A stretch of 64,000 nt of DNA, taken from contig CAVSQW010000009.1 of NCBI GenBank assembly GCA_963730185.1, forward strand, positions 32,001-96,000. The letters run 5' to 3'. Origin of the DNA: an uncultured Gemmatimonadales bacterium (GTDB taxonomy: Bacteria > Gemmatimonadota > Gemmatimonadetes > Gemmatimonadales > GWC2-71-9). The notes under the pieces were generated by a model. The model ran no database searches. It was given only the letters and a program-made list of their open reading frames with translations, and had not been told where the DNA came from. Positions 1-11,030 of the stretch are shown here, one piece after another (position 1 is the first letter of the stretch; the number at the start of each line of letters is the position of its first letter). Made by a program: the position numbers and the translations under genes.

Positions 1-1879
1 GGGCTCCTGGTCGACGTGTTCCTGCCGCTGGGTCTTCCGATTGGCGGACTCCCGACCCCGGCGGGGCTCCGTCGGGTCGCGAACGCGGGCCTGGAGGCGG
101 TGGGCCGCCTCGCGCCGGGCATGACGATCCCGCGGGCGGAGCCGATCCTGGCGGCGGCCGGAGACCGGCTGCTCGCCGACGCGGGCGAGCCGGCCGACGC
201 CCGGTTTACGCCGGAGCTCTCGCCGTGGGGGCCGCTTCCGGCCGTCGTTCGAGGCCCGGCCCAGGCGTTCCTGGCGGTGCTGCTGGTGCTGGTCGTCCTG
301 GCGGTCGTGATGGGCGGGATCAACCTGACCACAATGTTGCTGGCGCACGCGGCCGAACAGGAGCGGGAGCTGGCGATTCGGCGCGCCTTGGGCGCCAGCC
401 CCGGTCGTCTGGGCCGTCAAGTCGTGGCCGAATCGGTGCTGGTCTTCCTCCTGGCCGGAGTGGTCGGGGTCCTGATCGCGGGATCGACCACCGGGTCTGG
501 CCCGGGGACTCCGGCTGCCCCTGCCCGTCCCCGGTCGGCTCGACCTCGACTTCCCCGTAGACCTTCGGGTCCTCATGCTGGCCCTGATCGGGTGTCTCGG
601 CGGGGGCGCCCTGTTCAGCCTGGCGCCCGCGATCCGGGCGGGACGGTTCCCCCTGCTGGCCGCGCTCAAGGTCGGGAGCGCGACCCCATCGGTCGGGAAG
701 AACCGGCTTCGCGCCACGCTGGTGGGCGGGCAGGTCGCGGTCACCACCCTGCTGCTGGTCGCCGCCGGGTTGTTCGTCCGGGCGCTGTCGCGATCCGAGC
801 TGGCGGGCGTCGGGTGGTCGATGGAGGGCGTCTGGGTCGGGTCGTTCGACTTGACGCTCGACGGAACCAACCCCGCGGCGGGCGAGACCTTCTACCAGGC
901 CCTGGTGGATCGCGCCCGGCGGCTGCCCGGAGTTACCGCTGCCGCCACCGCCGCGAAGCTGCCGTTGGGCGGCCGCTCCTCGTTCGGGACGATCACCGTC
1001 CCGGGCCTCGAGCCCCCGCCGGGCGAGGCGGGATATGAGGCCTACCTCAACCGGGTGTCGCCCGGATACTTCGCCACGCTCGGAATCAGATTGCTGGAAG
1101 GCCGGGACTTCGACCGGACGGACGTCGAGGGCTCACCGCTGGTCGCGATCGTGAACCGGACCATGGCGGCGCGGCTCTGGCCGGGCCAGGACCCGGTCGG
1201 GCGCCGGTTCGACATCGGGAGCGGACCGTTCGCGCACTCCTTCGAGGTGGTCGGCGTGGCCGACGACGTTCGCTCCCAGGGATTCGGCCGGCCGGTCACC
1301 AACTTCTACTACGTGGCCGCCCGGCAGTGGTACAACGCCGAGCAGACCATCCACCTCAAGGTGGCGCCCGGAGCCGAGTCGGGGGTGGTCGCCGGGCTTC
1401 GCGGGGTGGTGCACGAGCTGGATCCGAACCTTCCCGTCCCCGCGATTCGCCCCCTGACCGAGTCGCTCGCCGTGTTCTCGATGCCCCAGCGGATCGCCGC
1501 CCTTGGCGCCGGGGCGATGGGGCTCTTCGGTCTCCTGCTGGCCGTCATCGGCGTCGCCGGGATCACCGCCTTCGCGGCGACCCGACGGAACCGGGAAATC
1601 GGGATCCGGCTGGCGCTCGGCGCGACCCGGTGGCGGATCGTCGGGATGATGATGCGACAGATCGGGCTCGCCCCGGTCGTCGGGACCGTGATCGGCCTCG
1701 CGCTGGGCGCCGGGTTCACGATCGGTGCCGGCATCGCGGTGCCCGGGGTCCAGGCCGGCGACCCGGTGGCCCTCGGCGTCGCCCCGATGGTCGTCGCCGT
1801 CGCCGCCTTCGTCGCGATCGTGGTGCCGGTCTGGCGGGTGCTTCGCCGGAGCCCGATGGGCACCCTCCGCGAGGAGTGA
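1..1879 (+). CDS. ABC transporter permease (duplicated MacB-PCD/FtsX type), 5'-truncated by the window, one frameshift near 493-495
   Basis: Two FtsX motifs (ELAIRRALGAS in ORF 16..; EIGIRLALGAT in ORF 575..1879). Removing one G from GGG at 493-495 joins the frames through GLARGLRLPLPVPGRLDLDFPVDLRVL. Confidence 0.85.
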
Positions 1880-1886
1880 CGGCGCC

Positions 1887-2735
1887 TCAGGCGACCGCGT
1901 CCCGCCCGATCACCGCCAGGTCGAGCGCTCCGTCGCCCGCCGCGATCAGCTCGTCCATCCGGGCCGCGATTCCCGGCAGCACCATCATCGTCCGGTCACC
2001 GGCGGTCTCGAGCATCAGCCGCACGTCTTTCCGCGCCATCGTCAGCTCGAAGCTGGGCGAGAAGTCGCCCGACGCGAGGCTCTTGGCTCGCCCCGACAGA
2101 ATCGCCATCGGATTGAAGAAGTCGAACAAGCTGAGCATGTCGGCCGGCGGCACCTCCGCGCCGTTGGCGATCTGGAATACGTCGGCCAGGAGGGCGGTGA
2201 TCCCGATGATGAAGGCGTTGCCCGAGATCTTGTAGACCGCGGCCAGGTCGGGCCGCTCGCCGAGAAAGATCACCCGCGAGGCTTGCTGGGCGAGCGCCGG
2301 CTCCACCTGGTCGAACAGCGCCTGGGGCCCCGAGGCCAGGATGATCCCCTTCGATTGGCGAGCCGCCGCGGGGCCGATGAACACGGGGCAGTGGAGGTAT
2401 CGCACCCCGGCCGCGTTGAGCCGCGGGGCCCGCTCGGCCGTGAGCTCCGGCTGGGTGGTAGTGTGGTCCACGACGATGGCGTCCTTCTCCAGGCCGGGGC
2501 GGAGCTGGCCGACGATCTCCTCGACCACCGCGTCGTCCTTGAGCACCAGATGGACCCGATCGGCGCCGCGCACGGCATCGGCGGGAGTGGGGGCGACGGC
2601 AGCGCCGAGGGGGGCCAGGGCCGCCGCCTTCGCGGCGGTCCGGTTCCAGACGGTCACCTGGTCTCCTCGCTTCAGGGCGGCTTCGACGAAGGCCGCGCCC
2701 AGGAGGCCGGTTCCGAGATAGGCGATCTTGGTCAT
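1887..2735 (-). CDS. NAD(P)-dependent oxidoreductase, 3-hydroxyisobutyrate/6-phosphogluconate dehydrogenase family
   Basis: N-terminal Rossmann motif IAYLGTGLLG, VWNRT, DHTT and C-terminal FELTMARKDVRL. ATG at 2735. Confidence 0.9.
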   Translation of the reverse strand: MTKIAYLGTGLLGAAFVEAALKRGDQVTVWNRTAAKAAALAPLGAAVAPTPADAVRGADRVHLVLKDDAVVEEIVGQLRPGLEKDAIVVDHTTTQPELTAERAPRLNAAGVRYLHCPVFIGPAAARQSKGIILASGPQALFDQVEPALAQQASRVIFLGERPDLAAVYKISGNAFIIGITALLADVFQIANGAEVPPADMLSLFDFFNPMAILSGRAKSLASGDFSPSFELTMARKDVRLMLETAGDRTMMVLPGIAARMDELIAAGDGALDLAVIGRDAVA

Positions 2736-2889
2736 GGCTCGGAATCTAGGTGGGGCGCGTCCGAGGTGGTCTCGCGCCGGTGGCTCCGCCGCCCGGGCCA
2801 AGTGGCGACCCGACCGGGAATCCCTGCTCTGGTGACTGCCGTAAGGTCATGGAGATCGACCCCGACCCTTCCCAACCCCAAGGTCCGTC

Positions 2890-3699
2890 ATGACCCAGAC
2901 CGGCGTCGACGACCAGGCCGAGCCCGCTCGAGTCGGACCAGGCCTCAGTCGACGGCAGTTCGTCGGCGCGACCGCGGCGGCGGTGCTCACCGGTCTTGGC
3001 ACCGGCTGCATCTTCGGTCCGGGCCACGGCGACGGGCGGATCGACGCCCGGCCCGGTACCCCCACGCAGAGTGCCAAGCTGGGCCTCTCGGCCCTGGGGC
3101 TCGAGAACGACCGCGACGGCGCCTGGTACGTCCCCGCCAGCTACCGGGCGGACCACCCCATCCCGCTCCTGGTGTTCTGCCACGGTGCCGGTGGGAACGG
3201 CGGCGCCACCGCCGACGCCCTCGGCCCCTACGCGGAGGCGGGCGGCTTTGCCGTGCTGGCACCGGACTCTCGTCAGTCCACCTGGGATCTGATCGACAAG
3301 GGAAGTTTCGGTGACGACGTGGGCTTCCTGGACCGGGCTCTGACCCGGACCTTCGAGCGGCTGGCGGTCGACCCGGCAGGGCTGATCCTGGCCGGCTTTT
3401 CCGATGGCGGCACCTACGCCCTGTCGCTGGGCATCACCAACGGCGACTTCTTCGGTCGACTGATGGCCTTCTCGCCCGGATTTGTCCGGTACGCGAGCCG
3501 ACATGGATCGCCGGCCATCTACCTGGCGCACGGCACCGCCGACACCGTACTCCCGATCAACGCGACCAGTCGGGCGATCGTGCCCGAGCTCCGCGGCCTC
3601 GGGTACCAGGTGGAGTACCGCGAATTCGATGGCGGTCATCAACTGTATGCCAGCGAGGTGCAGGCGGCCGTCGACTGGCTGGGCCTGGGAGGAGCCTGA
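2890..3699 (+). CDS. Tat-exported alpha/beta hydrolase (phospholipase/carboxylesterase family), possible lipoprotein
   Basis: SRRQFV twin-arginine signal then GTGC. Nucleophile elbow GFSDG, HGTAD (Asp) and FDGGH (His). Confidence 0.85.
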   Translation: MTQTGVDDQAEPARVGPGLSRRQFVGATAAAVLTGLGTGCIFGPGHGDGRIDARPGTPTQSAKLGLSALGLENDRDGAWYVPASYRADHPIPLLVFCHGAGGNGGATADALGPYAEAGGFAVLAPDSRQSTWDLIDKGSFGDDVGFLDRALTRTFERLAVDPAGLILAGFSDGGTYALSLGITNGDFFGRLMAFSPGFVRYASRHGSPAIYLAHGTADTVLPINATSRAIVPELRGLGYQVEYREFDGGHQLYASEVQAAVDWLGLGGA

Positions 3700-3709
3700 G
3701 GCGACTGGG

Positions 3710-4693
3710 CTACCACTCCACCAGCTGGCCGACCTTCCCTCGCTCCGCCTCGCGGAAGATGTAGTCGGCGGAGACGAGATCCTCGGCCACCATCCCGAGC
3801 GACTTGAAGAGGGTGATGTCCTGGTCGGACGTGCGGCCGGCCGCCTTGCCGGTCAGCACGTCGCCGATCGAGCCGACGATGTGGTCGTCGGTCACGGCCC
3901 CGGCCTCTTTGGCCCGCCGGAAATCGCCGGCCAGGGCCAGAGCGCTGTCCTTGAAATCCACGTACAGTCGCGAGCGCGCCACGGTCTCGACGTCGATCTC
4001 CGACGTGGTCGGGATGCTCGAGCCCACCACGTTGAGGTGGTGACCGGGCCGGAGCCAGCGGGCCTCGAAGAAGGGCTCCGACGCCGCGGTCGTGGTGCAG
4101 AGTACGTCGGCGGCGGCCGCCTCGGCCGGCGTGGCCACGGCATCGACCGGAAAGTCGTGGTGGGCCGATTCGGCGGCGGCGAAGGCCCGCGCCTTGTCGA
4201 GGTCTCGGCCCCATACCAGGGCTCGCTCGAAGCGCCGGACGTGCGGCACCGCCTCCAGGTGGGTGTGCGCCTGCTCGCCGTAGCCGAAGATGCCGAGGGT
4301 CCGCACCGTGGCCGGGGCCAGCACGTCGGTGGCCGCGGCGGTCGAGGCCGCGGTCCGGATCGCGGTGATTTCCCGGCCGTCGAGGATCGCCATCGGCGAG
4401 CCGTTCTCGGGATCGAAGAGGAGCACCAGACCCTGATGGGATCCGAGACCGGTGCCGAAGTTCCCGGGAAAGACGGTGACCACCTTGACCCCGAGCGCCT
4501 CGGGGTCCGCCACGTAGCCGGGCATCAGGCTCATCAGCCCGCGGCGGTCGGGGCGCCAGAGCGCCTGGCGGATGGGCTGGAGGGTGCCGCCTTCGGTGGC
4601 CACCAGCGTCATGGCCTGGCGCATGAGATCGATGCACCGACCCATGGGCAGCAAGGTGCGAACGGCGTCGGCGTTGAGCAGGCGGATGACCAT
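3710..4693 (-). CDS. Ornithine cyclodeaminase / mu-crystallin family imine reductase
   Basis: GVKVVTVFPGN, ITAIRTAA, GIFGYGEQA, ITLFKSLG. ATG at 4693. Confidence 0.9.
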   Translation of the reverse strand: MVIRLLNADAVRTLLPMGRCIDLMRQAMTLVATEGGTLQPIRQALWRPDRRGLMSLMPGYVADPEALGVKVVTVFPGNFGTGLGSHQGLVLLFDPENGSPMAILDGREITAIRTAASTAAATDVLAPATVRTLGIFGYGEQAHTHLEAVPHVRRFERALVWGRDLDKARAFAAAESAHHDFPVDAVATPAEAAAADVLCTTTAASEPFFEARWLRPGHHLNVVGSSIPTTSEIDVETVARSRLYVDFKDSALALAGDFRRAKEAGAVTDDHIVGSIGDVLTGKAAGRTSDQDITLFKSLGMVAEDLVSADYIFREAERGKVGQLVEW

Positions 4694-4870
4694 GGCGAGC
4701 CCGGCGGAGTGGGAGTAAGGGGAGAAGAGGAAGCAACATAGGCGGCCCGATCCGGTTTCGTCAGCCGGGCCCCGGCTTGCCCATACGCCTCCAGCGACCG
4801 ATGTTCGACCAAACCGGAAGCCCAACGTTCGAGCGCCCGGGCAGACCGCTTACCTCACAGGAGCCCTGTC

Positions 4871-5599
4871 ATGACCCAACCGAGCGGACCGGCCGGCGAG
4901 ACCAAGGCCTCGCGCTGGGAGGACTACATCGACGTCTTCTTCTCGCCCGCCGAGCTCTTCCGGCGGCGCGCGGGCGGAGATTTCGGACTGGCCCTCCTGG
5001 TTTTCTTCATCGCGGCCACGGCCCTCTACTTCGCCACCCGCTCGTTCATGGCGCCGGTCTTCGACGCGGAATGGCAGCGGGCGATCCCGACGATGATGAA
5101 GGCCAACCCCAACCTCACGGCCGATCAGCTCGCCGGGGGCAAGCACATGGCGGAGACGTTCGGCGGGGTGGTCATCATCATCCTGGCGCCGATCGCCGCC
5201 CTCGTGCTCGGCGCCGTCGTGTGGATGATCGGCCGGGTGCTGGGCGCCCCGATGCGCTACGCCCAGGGCGCCACCATCGCGACCTTCGCGATGTTTCCGC
5301 GGCTGCTCGAATCCCTGGTCAATGCGGTCCAGGCGACCTTCATGGACGAGCGGTCGATCACCTCGCGGTTCAGCGTGAGTCTCGGCGTGGGCCGGTTCCT
5401 CCCGGCCGACCAGACGAACCCCCTGGTCCTGGCGCTCCTCGGACGGATCGACCTCTTCACCATCTGGATCACCGTGCTGATCGCGGTGGGGTTCAAGGTC
5501 ATCGGCAAGCGGACCACCGGCCAGGCGGCGTTGGGCGCCGTGCTGGTGTGGCTGATCGGGGCACTGCCGGCCTTGTTTCAGGCCTATCGGTCGATGTAG
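4871..5599 (+). CDS. Yip1 family membrane protein
   Basis: N-terminal FFSPxELF motif and about five hydrophobic segments. AGGAG RBS upstream. Confidence 0.75.
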   Translation: MTQPSGPAGETKASRWEDYIDVFFSPAELFRRRAGGDFGLALLVFFIAATALYFATRSFMAPVFDAEWQRAIPTMMKANPNLTADQLAGGKHMAETFGGVVIIILAPIAALVLGAVVWMIGRVLGAPMRYAQGATIATFAMFPRLLESLVNAVQATFMDERSITSRFSVSLGVGRFLPADQTNPLVLALLGRIDLFTIWITVLIAVGFKVIGKRTTGQAALGAVLVWLIGALPALFQAYRSM

Positions 5600-5673
5600 C
5601 GCGGGCCGGCTCCGGGCGCCTCGAAGCAGCATGCGGTCGAGCTGGTGGGTTCGACCCGTCCGCCGGGTCAGGG

Positions 5674-8100
5674 CTACTCCTCGCGGAGCACTCGGACCGG
5701 ATCGACACGGGCCGCCCGCCGCGCCGGAAGCCAGCTCGCCACGGTGGCCACCAGGGCGAGCAGCAAAGCGGCCGCCGCGTACGCTGCGACATCGGTCGGG
5801 GCGACCTCGAAGAGCAGTTGCCCGAAGGTCCGTGCCCCGAGCAGGCCCACCGTGAGTCCAGCTCCCGCCCCGACCGCTGCCAGGATCAGCGCCCGCCGGA
5901 TCACGGCGGCGGCGATCGCCTGGCTCTCGGCCCCGAGCGCCAGCCGGATCCCAAGCTCGCGGGTCCGGGCCGAGACGCTCTGGGAAACCACCCCGTAGAC
6001 GCCCACCGACGCCAAGGTCAGCGCCACCATGGCGAAAAGACCCAACAGGAGTGCGAAGAACCGGGGCTGCGCCAACGCGGAGGCATCCAGCTCACGGAGC
6101 GTCCGCACCTGATCGATCGGGAGGTTGGGATCGAGCTCGCGGAGCGCCGCGCGGGCCGGCCCGAACGCCGGGGGGTTCGAGCCGCCGCGCAGCACGAACG
6201 ACATCGACTCGATCGGCCACTGGTGATGCGCCAGGAACACCATCGGCCGAGGTGGCGCCGCCGGGCTCAGATCGTGCAGGTCGGCCACGACACCGACCAC
6301 CTCGCCACCGACGCGTCCCCGGTTTTGCCCCATCCCCGTGCCGAGCACAAGGTGATGCCCAAGCGGGCTCTGACCCGGCCAGAGGAGCCTGGCCGCCGCC
6401 TCGTTCACCACGAGGACTGGCGGCGCCCCGAAGCGATCCGTGGTCCCGAAGTCTCGACCCTCGACCAAGCGGGAGCCCAGCGCGGCAAAGTAACCCGGCG
6501 ATGCAACCCGAAGCTGGACGCTGAACCGAGCCTGTTCCCGGTCGGCGAGGAGTCGTCCGTCGAGGTCGTGGCCGGAGATCACGTAATCGGTCCCTGAAAG
6601 CGGCAGCCCGAAGCCCTCGCCGGCCGCGACGACCCCCGGCAGGGCCTGGAGCCGATCGAGCGCCGAAGCGAAGAACTGGGCCCGCTTCTCGGGCGTGTCG
6701 TAGGCCATCGCCGGGAGGTTCACTTGAAAGGTGAGCGCGCCCGAAGGCTCGAAGCCGAGATCCACCTGGGTCAAACGGTAGAGGCTTCGGCCGACGAGGC
6801 CCGCTCCGACCAGCAGCGCCGAGGCGAGCGCCAGCTCCGAGACCACCAGGAGATCACGGGTTCGCTGCCGGCCAGCGCCGGCCGTCGTGCCGGCCGCGTC
6901 GTCGCGGAGCCCCAAGCCGATCTCACCGGCGCGGGCACTCTGCCAGGCGGGCAACGCTCCGAACAGGGCACCGATGGCCAGCGAGAGCCCCACCGTGAAG
7001 GCAAGCACCGGTCCGTCGACTCGGGTCAGTTCGAGGAACGGAATCCCGCCCACCCCGAGATGGGCAACGATCCGGGTCCCCCAGAGGGCCAGCACCACGC
7101 CGAGGGCCCCGCCCGCCATCGACAGGAGCAAGCTCTCGACCAGCAGCGACCGGACCAGGGCGCCGCGGCTTGCACCGAGGGCCGCGCGCACGGTCAGCTC
7201 CCGGCGCCGGCGGAGACCCCGAACCAGGAGCAGTCCCGCCACATTGACGCCGGCCACCAGCAGGAGCAGCGCCACCGCACCAAGGGTCACCAGCAGTGGC
7301 CGGCCTACGTCACCCACCATGGCGTCGTGCAGGCCTTCCGCGGTGAGGGTGATATCGGTGTTGACCTGGGGATGGTCGGTCGCGAGACGGTGGCCGAGCC
7401 GGTCCAGGTCGGCCCGCGCCTGGGCCAGGTCCACGCCCGGTCGGAGTCGGCCGATGAGATTCAGGTATTTGGCACCACGCTGGGTCTCGAGGTCGTGCGC
7501 GCTGAAGACCAGCGGCGACCAGAGCTGGGCGCCATGGGGGAAGTCGAAGCCTCGGGGCATGACCCCGACGATCTGATAGGCGGTGCCGTCGAGCGTAATG
7601 GTTCGGCCGATCGCGGAGTCGTGACCGCCGAACCGTCGCTGCCAGAGTCCGTACCCGAGGACCACCGCGGGCCCGGCGCCCTCGCGGTCGTCGGCCTTGG
7701 TCAACGCTCTCCCGTGGCTGGCTCGGACCCCGAGGAGGTCGAAGAATCCACCGGTGACGATGGCAGCGGAGACCTGCTCGGGCTCGCCGTCACCGGTCAG
7801 CGCATACGAATTTTCGTAGTAGGCAACCAGGTCGGCGAGGGTGGTGTTCTGGGCCCGGAGGTCGACGAAATTGGGCGGCGACTGCGACGGATCGAAGTGC
7901 CCGTGGTAGCCGGTGAGCACTTGGACCAGGCGATCCGGCTCGGCAAAGGGCAGCGGACGAAGCAGCACCGCCCGAACCGCGCTGACGATGACCGTGGTCG
8001 CTCCGATACCAAGGGCGAGCGTGGTGAGCGCCACCACGGTGTAGGCGGGGCTCCGGATCAAGGATCGAACGGCGTGGCGGAGCTCGTGTCCGAGGGCCAT
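5674..8100 (-). CDS. ABC transporter permease (duplicated MacB-PCD/FtsX type)
   Basis: ELRHAVRSLIRSP...TLALGIGATT start, two FtsX motifs, C-terminal PARRAARVDPVRVLREE. ATG 8100 preferred over 8154. Confidence 0.9.
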   Translation of the reverse strand: MALGHELRHAVRSLIRSPAYTVVALTTLALGIGATTVIVSAVRAVLLRPLPFAEPDRLVQVLTGYHGHFDPSQSPPNFVDLRAQNTTLADLVAYYENSYALTGDGEPEQVSAAIVTGGFFDLLGVRASHGRALTKADDREGAGPAVVLGYGLWQRRFGGHDSAIGRTITLDGTAYQIVGVMPRGFDFPHGAQLWSPLVFSAHDLETQRGAKYLNLIGRLRPGVDLAQARADLDRLGHRLATDHPQVNTDITLTAEGLHDAMVGDVGRPLLVTLGAVALLLLVAGVNVAGLLLVRGLRRRRELTVRAALGASRGALVRSLLVESLLLSMAGGALGVVLALWGTRIVAHLGVGGIPFLELTRVDGPVLAFTVGLSLAIGALFGALPAWQSARAGEIGLGLRDDAAGTTAGAGRQRTRDLLVVSELALASALLVGAGLVGRSLYRLTQVDLGFEPSGALTFQVNLPAMAYDTPEKRAQFFASALDRLQALPGVVAAGEGFGLPLSGTDYVISGHDLDGRLLADREQARFSVQLRVASPGYFAALGSRLVEGRDFGTTDRFGAPPVLVVNEAAARLLWPGQSPLGHHLVLGTGMGQNRGRVGGEVVGVVADLHDLSPAAPPRPMVFLAHHQWPIESMSFVLRGGSNPPAFGPARAALRELDPNLPIDQVRTLRELDASALAQPRFFALLLGLFAMVALTLASVGVYGVVSQSVSARTRELGIRLALGAESQAIAAAVIRRALILAAVGAGAGLTVGLLGARTFGQLLFEVAPTDVAAYAAAALLLALVATVASWLPARRAARVDPVRVLREE

Positions 8101-8137
8101 GACGTGACTCGGCGGTTCAAGGATTGGAGCCCTGAAT

Positions 8138-8153
8138 TGCCAGTCGCGTGCCA
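8138..8153 (-). promoter_or_regulatory. Putative sigma54 (-24/-12) promoter of the ABC permease
   Basis: Minus strand reads TGGCACG-CGAC-TGGCA (GG-N10-GC), one mismatch to TGGCACG-N4-TTGCW, about 40 nt upstream of ATG 8100. Confidence 0.35.
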
Positions 8154-8516
8154 TCGAGGTAGTCTTACTAGTGTGTTGTCTCCGAAGGAGTTAGGGAAAC
8201 GGGGGCGGCTACCGGGACTGGTCGAGCGTCCCGAATCCGAACGGTCGGTGCCGAACCTGGAATCGAGGCAGGTGGAGGCCGCGATTCACACTGCTACCGA
8301 GCCAGTCATCGTGGTCTCGGCCGGTACCATTGCGGGCTCATCGAGTGGTGAACGGAGGGGTCGCTAGGGTCGGCGCTGCCGCGTCCCGCACGATGTGACC
8401 CCGACCGAGGTCGTCATGTTCCCGTCATCCGGGCCCTCTATCCCTTGACCCGCCGTGGTCGTGCCCGTCCGGGCCGCCCGAGGCGATCGCCGGCACGCTC
8501 GCGCCCAGGACCGGAG

Positions 8517-9968
8517 ATGACGGAGTCGAGACAACCCGCCGAGCTCGCCCGCCGCGGGCGCCACCTCCTGGCGCCCGCGCTGGCCGTGGTGCTGGTGACC
8601 GGGTGCGCGACCTATCACCCCCGACCCATCGCCCCGGCCCAGAGCCTGGAACACTTCGAGGCCCGCCGACTCGATGCCGCCGAGCTGGGTGCCTTTCTCC
8701 AGGCTCGGCGGGAGGCCGGCCAGTGGCCCCTCTCCCGCTGGGATCTCCGCACCCTGACCCTCGCCGCCTTTTTCTACAACCCCGATCTCGACGTCGCTCG
8801 GGCCCAGTGGGCGGTGGCCCGGGGTGGGGTGCTCACCGCCGGCGGCCGCACCAACCCGAACGTCACCGCCAAGGCCGGCTACAACGCCACCACCAACTCC
8901 AACCAGATCAGCCCCTGGATCCCCGAGGTGGCGCTCGAGCTGCCGCTGGGCATCGCGGGCAAGCGCGGCATCCGGGTCAAGGAGGCTCGGCAGCGCTCCG
9001 AGGCGGCCCGGCTCAACATCCTCACCGCGGCCTGGCAGGTCAGAAGCCAGGTGCGCCAGGCGTTTCTGGAGCTCTATGTCGCCCGGCAATCGGACTCGCT
9101 CCTGACCCGGCAGGTCCAGCTCCAGACCGAGATCGTCCGCCTGCTCGAGACCCAGGCCCGGGTGGGTGAGGTGTCGCCCTACGCGGTGACCCAGGCCCGG
9201 GTGGCCCTGGCCAACAGCCGGCTCGCCGGCCTCGACGCGGCCCAGCGGCAGGCCCGAGCCCGGAGCGCGCTCGCCACCGCGGTGGGTGTCCCCCCGGCGG
9301 CGCTCGACAGCCTGGCGTGGTCCTTCGAGCGCCTGGACAGCATCCCGGTGCCCCGCCCGCCGCTGGAGATTCGCCGCCAGGCGCTGGTGAACCGGTCCGA
9401 CGTCCGGGCGTCACTGGCGGAGTACGAAGCGGCCCAGGCCGCGCTCCAGCTCGAGATCCGGAAGCAGTATCCCGACCTCGTGCTCGGTCCCGGCTACCAG
9501 TTGGACCAGACCGACTCCAAGTGGACCCTGTCGCTCTCGTTCCCACTGCCGTTCCTCAACCGCAATCAGGGCCCCATCGCCGAAGCCCGGGCCCGCCGCG
9601 AGGAAGCCGCCGCGCGCTTCCTGTCGCTCCAGTCGCGGGTGCTGGCCGAGCTCGAGGGCGCCCTGGCCGCATCGCAGGCGGCGCTGGCCCAGGTCGACAA
9701 CGCCGCTTCACTGACCTCGAGCCTGACCGACCAGGAGCGCCTCGCCCAGCGATCGTACACCGTCGGGGAGAGTTCGCGGCTCGAGCTCCTCGGCGTCCAG
9801 AGCGAGCTGGTCACCTCCGCGCTCGCCCGGCTCGACGCCATCTCCAAGGCGCAGGAGGCGGTAGGCCAGCTGGAGGATGCGATGCAGAGCCCCCTCGACC
9901 TGGAGCCCTGGACGCTCGAGGCCCCCACCCGGGCGACCGAACCCGACACCAGCCGAGATGAGCGATGA
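8517..9968 (+). CDS. TolC-family outer membrane efflux lipoprotein
   Basis: Lipobox LVTGC, OEP helical repeats (NPDLDVARA, NRSDVRASLA, YPDLVLG). GGAG RBS before ATG 8517. Confidence 0.9.
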   Translation: MTESRQPAELARRGRHLLAPALAVVLVTGCATYHPRPIAPAQSLEHFEARRLDAAELGAFLQARREAGQWPLSRWDLRTLTLAAFFYNPDLDVARAQWAVARGGVLTAGGRTNPNVTAKAGYNATTNSNQISPWIPEVALELPLGIAGKRGIRVKEARQRSEAARLNILTAAWQVRSQVRQAFLELYVARQSDSLLTRQVQLQTEIVRLLETQARVGEVSPYAVTQARVALANSRLAGLDAAQRQARARSALATAVGVPPAALDSLAWSFERLDSIPVPRPPLEIRRQALVNRSDVRASLAEYEAAQAALQLEIRKQYPDLVLGPGYQLDQTDSKWTLSLSFPLPFLNRNQGPIAEARARREEAAARFLSLQSRVLAELEGALAASQAALAQVDNAASLTSSLTDQERLAQRSYTVGESSRLELLGVQSELVTSALARLDAISKAQEAVGQLEDAMQSPLDLEPWTLEAPTRATEPDTSRDER

Positions 9969-11026
9969 CGAGGCGAAATCTGATCCTGGCCGCCGCCGCC
10001 TTGGCCGTGGTGGTGCTGATCGTCCTCTGGCGCCGGGGCGGCGGCCCGACCGAAGCCGAGATCGTTACCGACGTCGCGGTGCACGTGGCGCCGCTCGAGC
10101 GGGCGACCGTGCGGCGCTATGTCACGGCCTACGGATACGTGCAACCGGAGCCGGCCCACGACGGGGGGCCGGCGGCCGGCGCCGAGCTGTCGCCGTTCAC
10201 CTCGGGCGTCCTGGCCGAGATCGACGCCGTCGAGGGGCGGCGGGTCGCCGCCGGGACGGTGCTCTTCCGGCTCGACAGCCGGATGGCGAAAGTGGCGGTC
10301 GAGCGGGCCCAGCAGGAAGTGGACTTCGCCGACCAGGCCTTTCAGCGTCAGCAGGCCCTCCTCCCCGGCGACGGAACCTCGCAGCGCGTCTTTCAGGAGG
10401 CGAAGCAGCGGCTCGACGACGCCCGGAGCAACCTGGCGACCGCCCGGACCCAGCTCGCCTACCTCGAGATCACGGCGCCGGTCTCGGGCACGATCGGCCA
10501 GGTCAAGGCCCGGGTGGGACAAGCGGTCGACGCGAATACGGTCCTGGCGACCATCGTCGACCTGAACCGGCTGGTCGTGGCCGCCGACGTCCCGGCCGGC
10601 GAGGTCGAGGGACTGAAGGTCGGTAACCCGGTGCTGATCGGCGCGGACAGCGCCGCGCCCCGAGGCCGGTTGATCATCCTCGGCAAGGACGTGGACCCGT
10701 CGACCGGCACCGCCCGGGTCTACGTCTCGGTCCCGGCCAACGCGAGACTCGCGTCGGGGCAGTTCACCGATCTCCGGATCGTGGCGGCCGAACACCCCGA
10801 CGTGCTGGTCGTGCCGGACGTGGCGCTGGTGACCCAGGCCGGGACCGGCAGCTGGGTCATGGTGGCCCGGGGCGACTCCGCGACGCGAACCATGGTGACC
10901 GTCGGGATCCGGGACGGCGGCCGGGTGGAGGTTGCCGGACCGGGACTCGAGCCGGGCACCTCGATCGTCACCGACGAGGCCTACAGCCTTCCGGAGACGA
11001 CCAAGATCCACCTGGTGGAGCGGTAG
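9965..11026 (+). CDS. RND efflux periplasmic adaptor (membrane fusion protein)
   Basis: N-terminal TM segment, lipoyl-like halves (EITAPVSGTIG), VDPSTGT. ATGA overlap with the TolC-family gene. Confidence 0.9.
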   Translation: MTRRNLILAAAALAVVVLIVLWRRGGGPTEAEIVTDVAVHVAPLERATVRRYVTAYGYVQPEPAHDGGPAAGAELSPFTSGVLAEIDAVEGRRVAAGTVLFRLDSRMAKVAVERAQQEVDFADQAFQRQQALLPGDGTSQRVFQEAKQRLDDARSNLATARTQLAYLEITAPVSGTIGQVKARVGQAVDANTVLATIVDLNRLVVAADVPAGEVEGLKVGNPVLIGADSAAPRGRLIILGKDVDPSTGTARVYVSVPANARLASGQFTDLRIVAAEHPDVLVVPDVALVTQAGTGSWVMVARGDSATRTMVTVGIRDGGRVEVAGPGLEPGTSIVTDEAYSLPETTKIHLVER

Positions 11027-11030
11027 ACCG

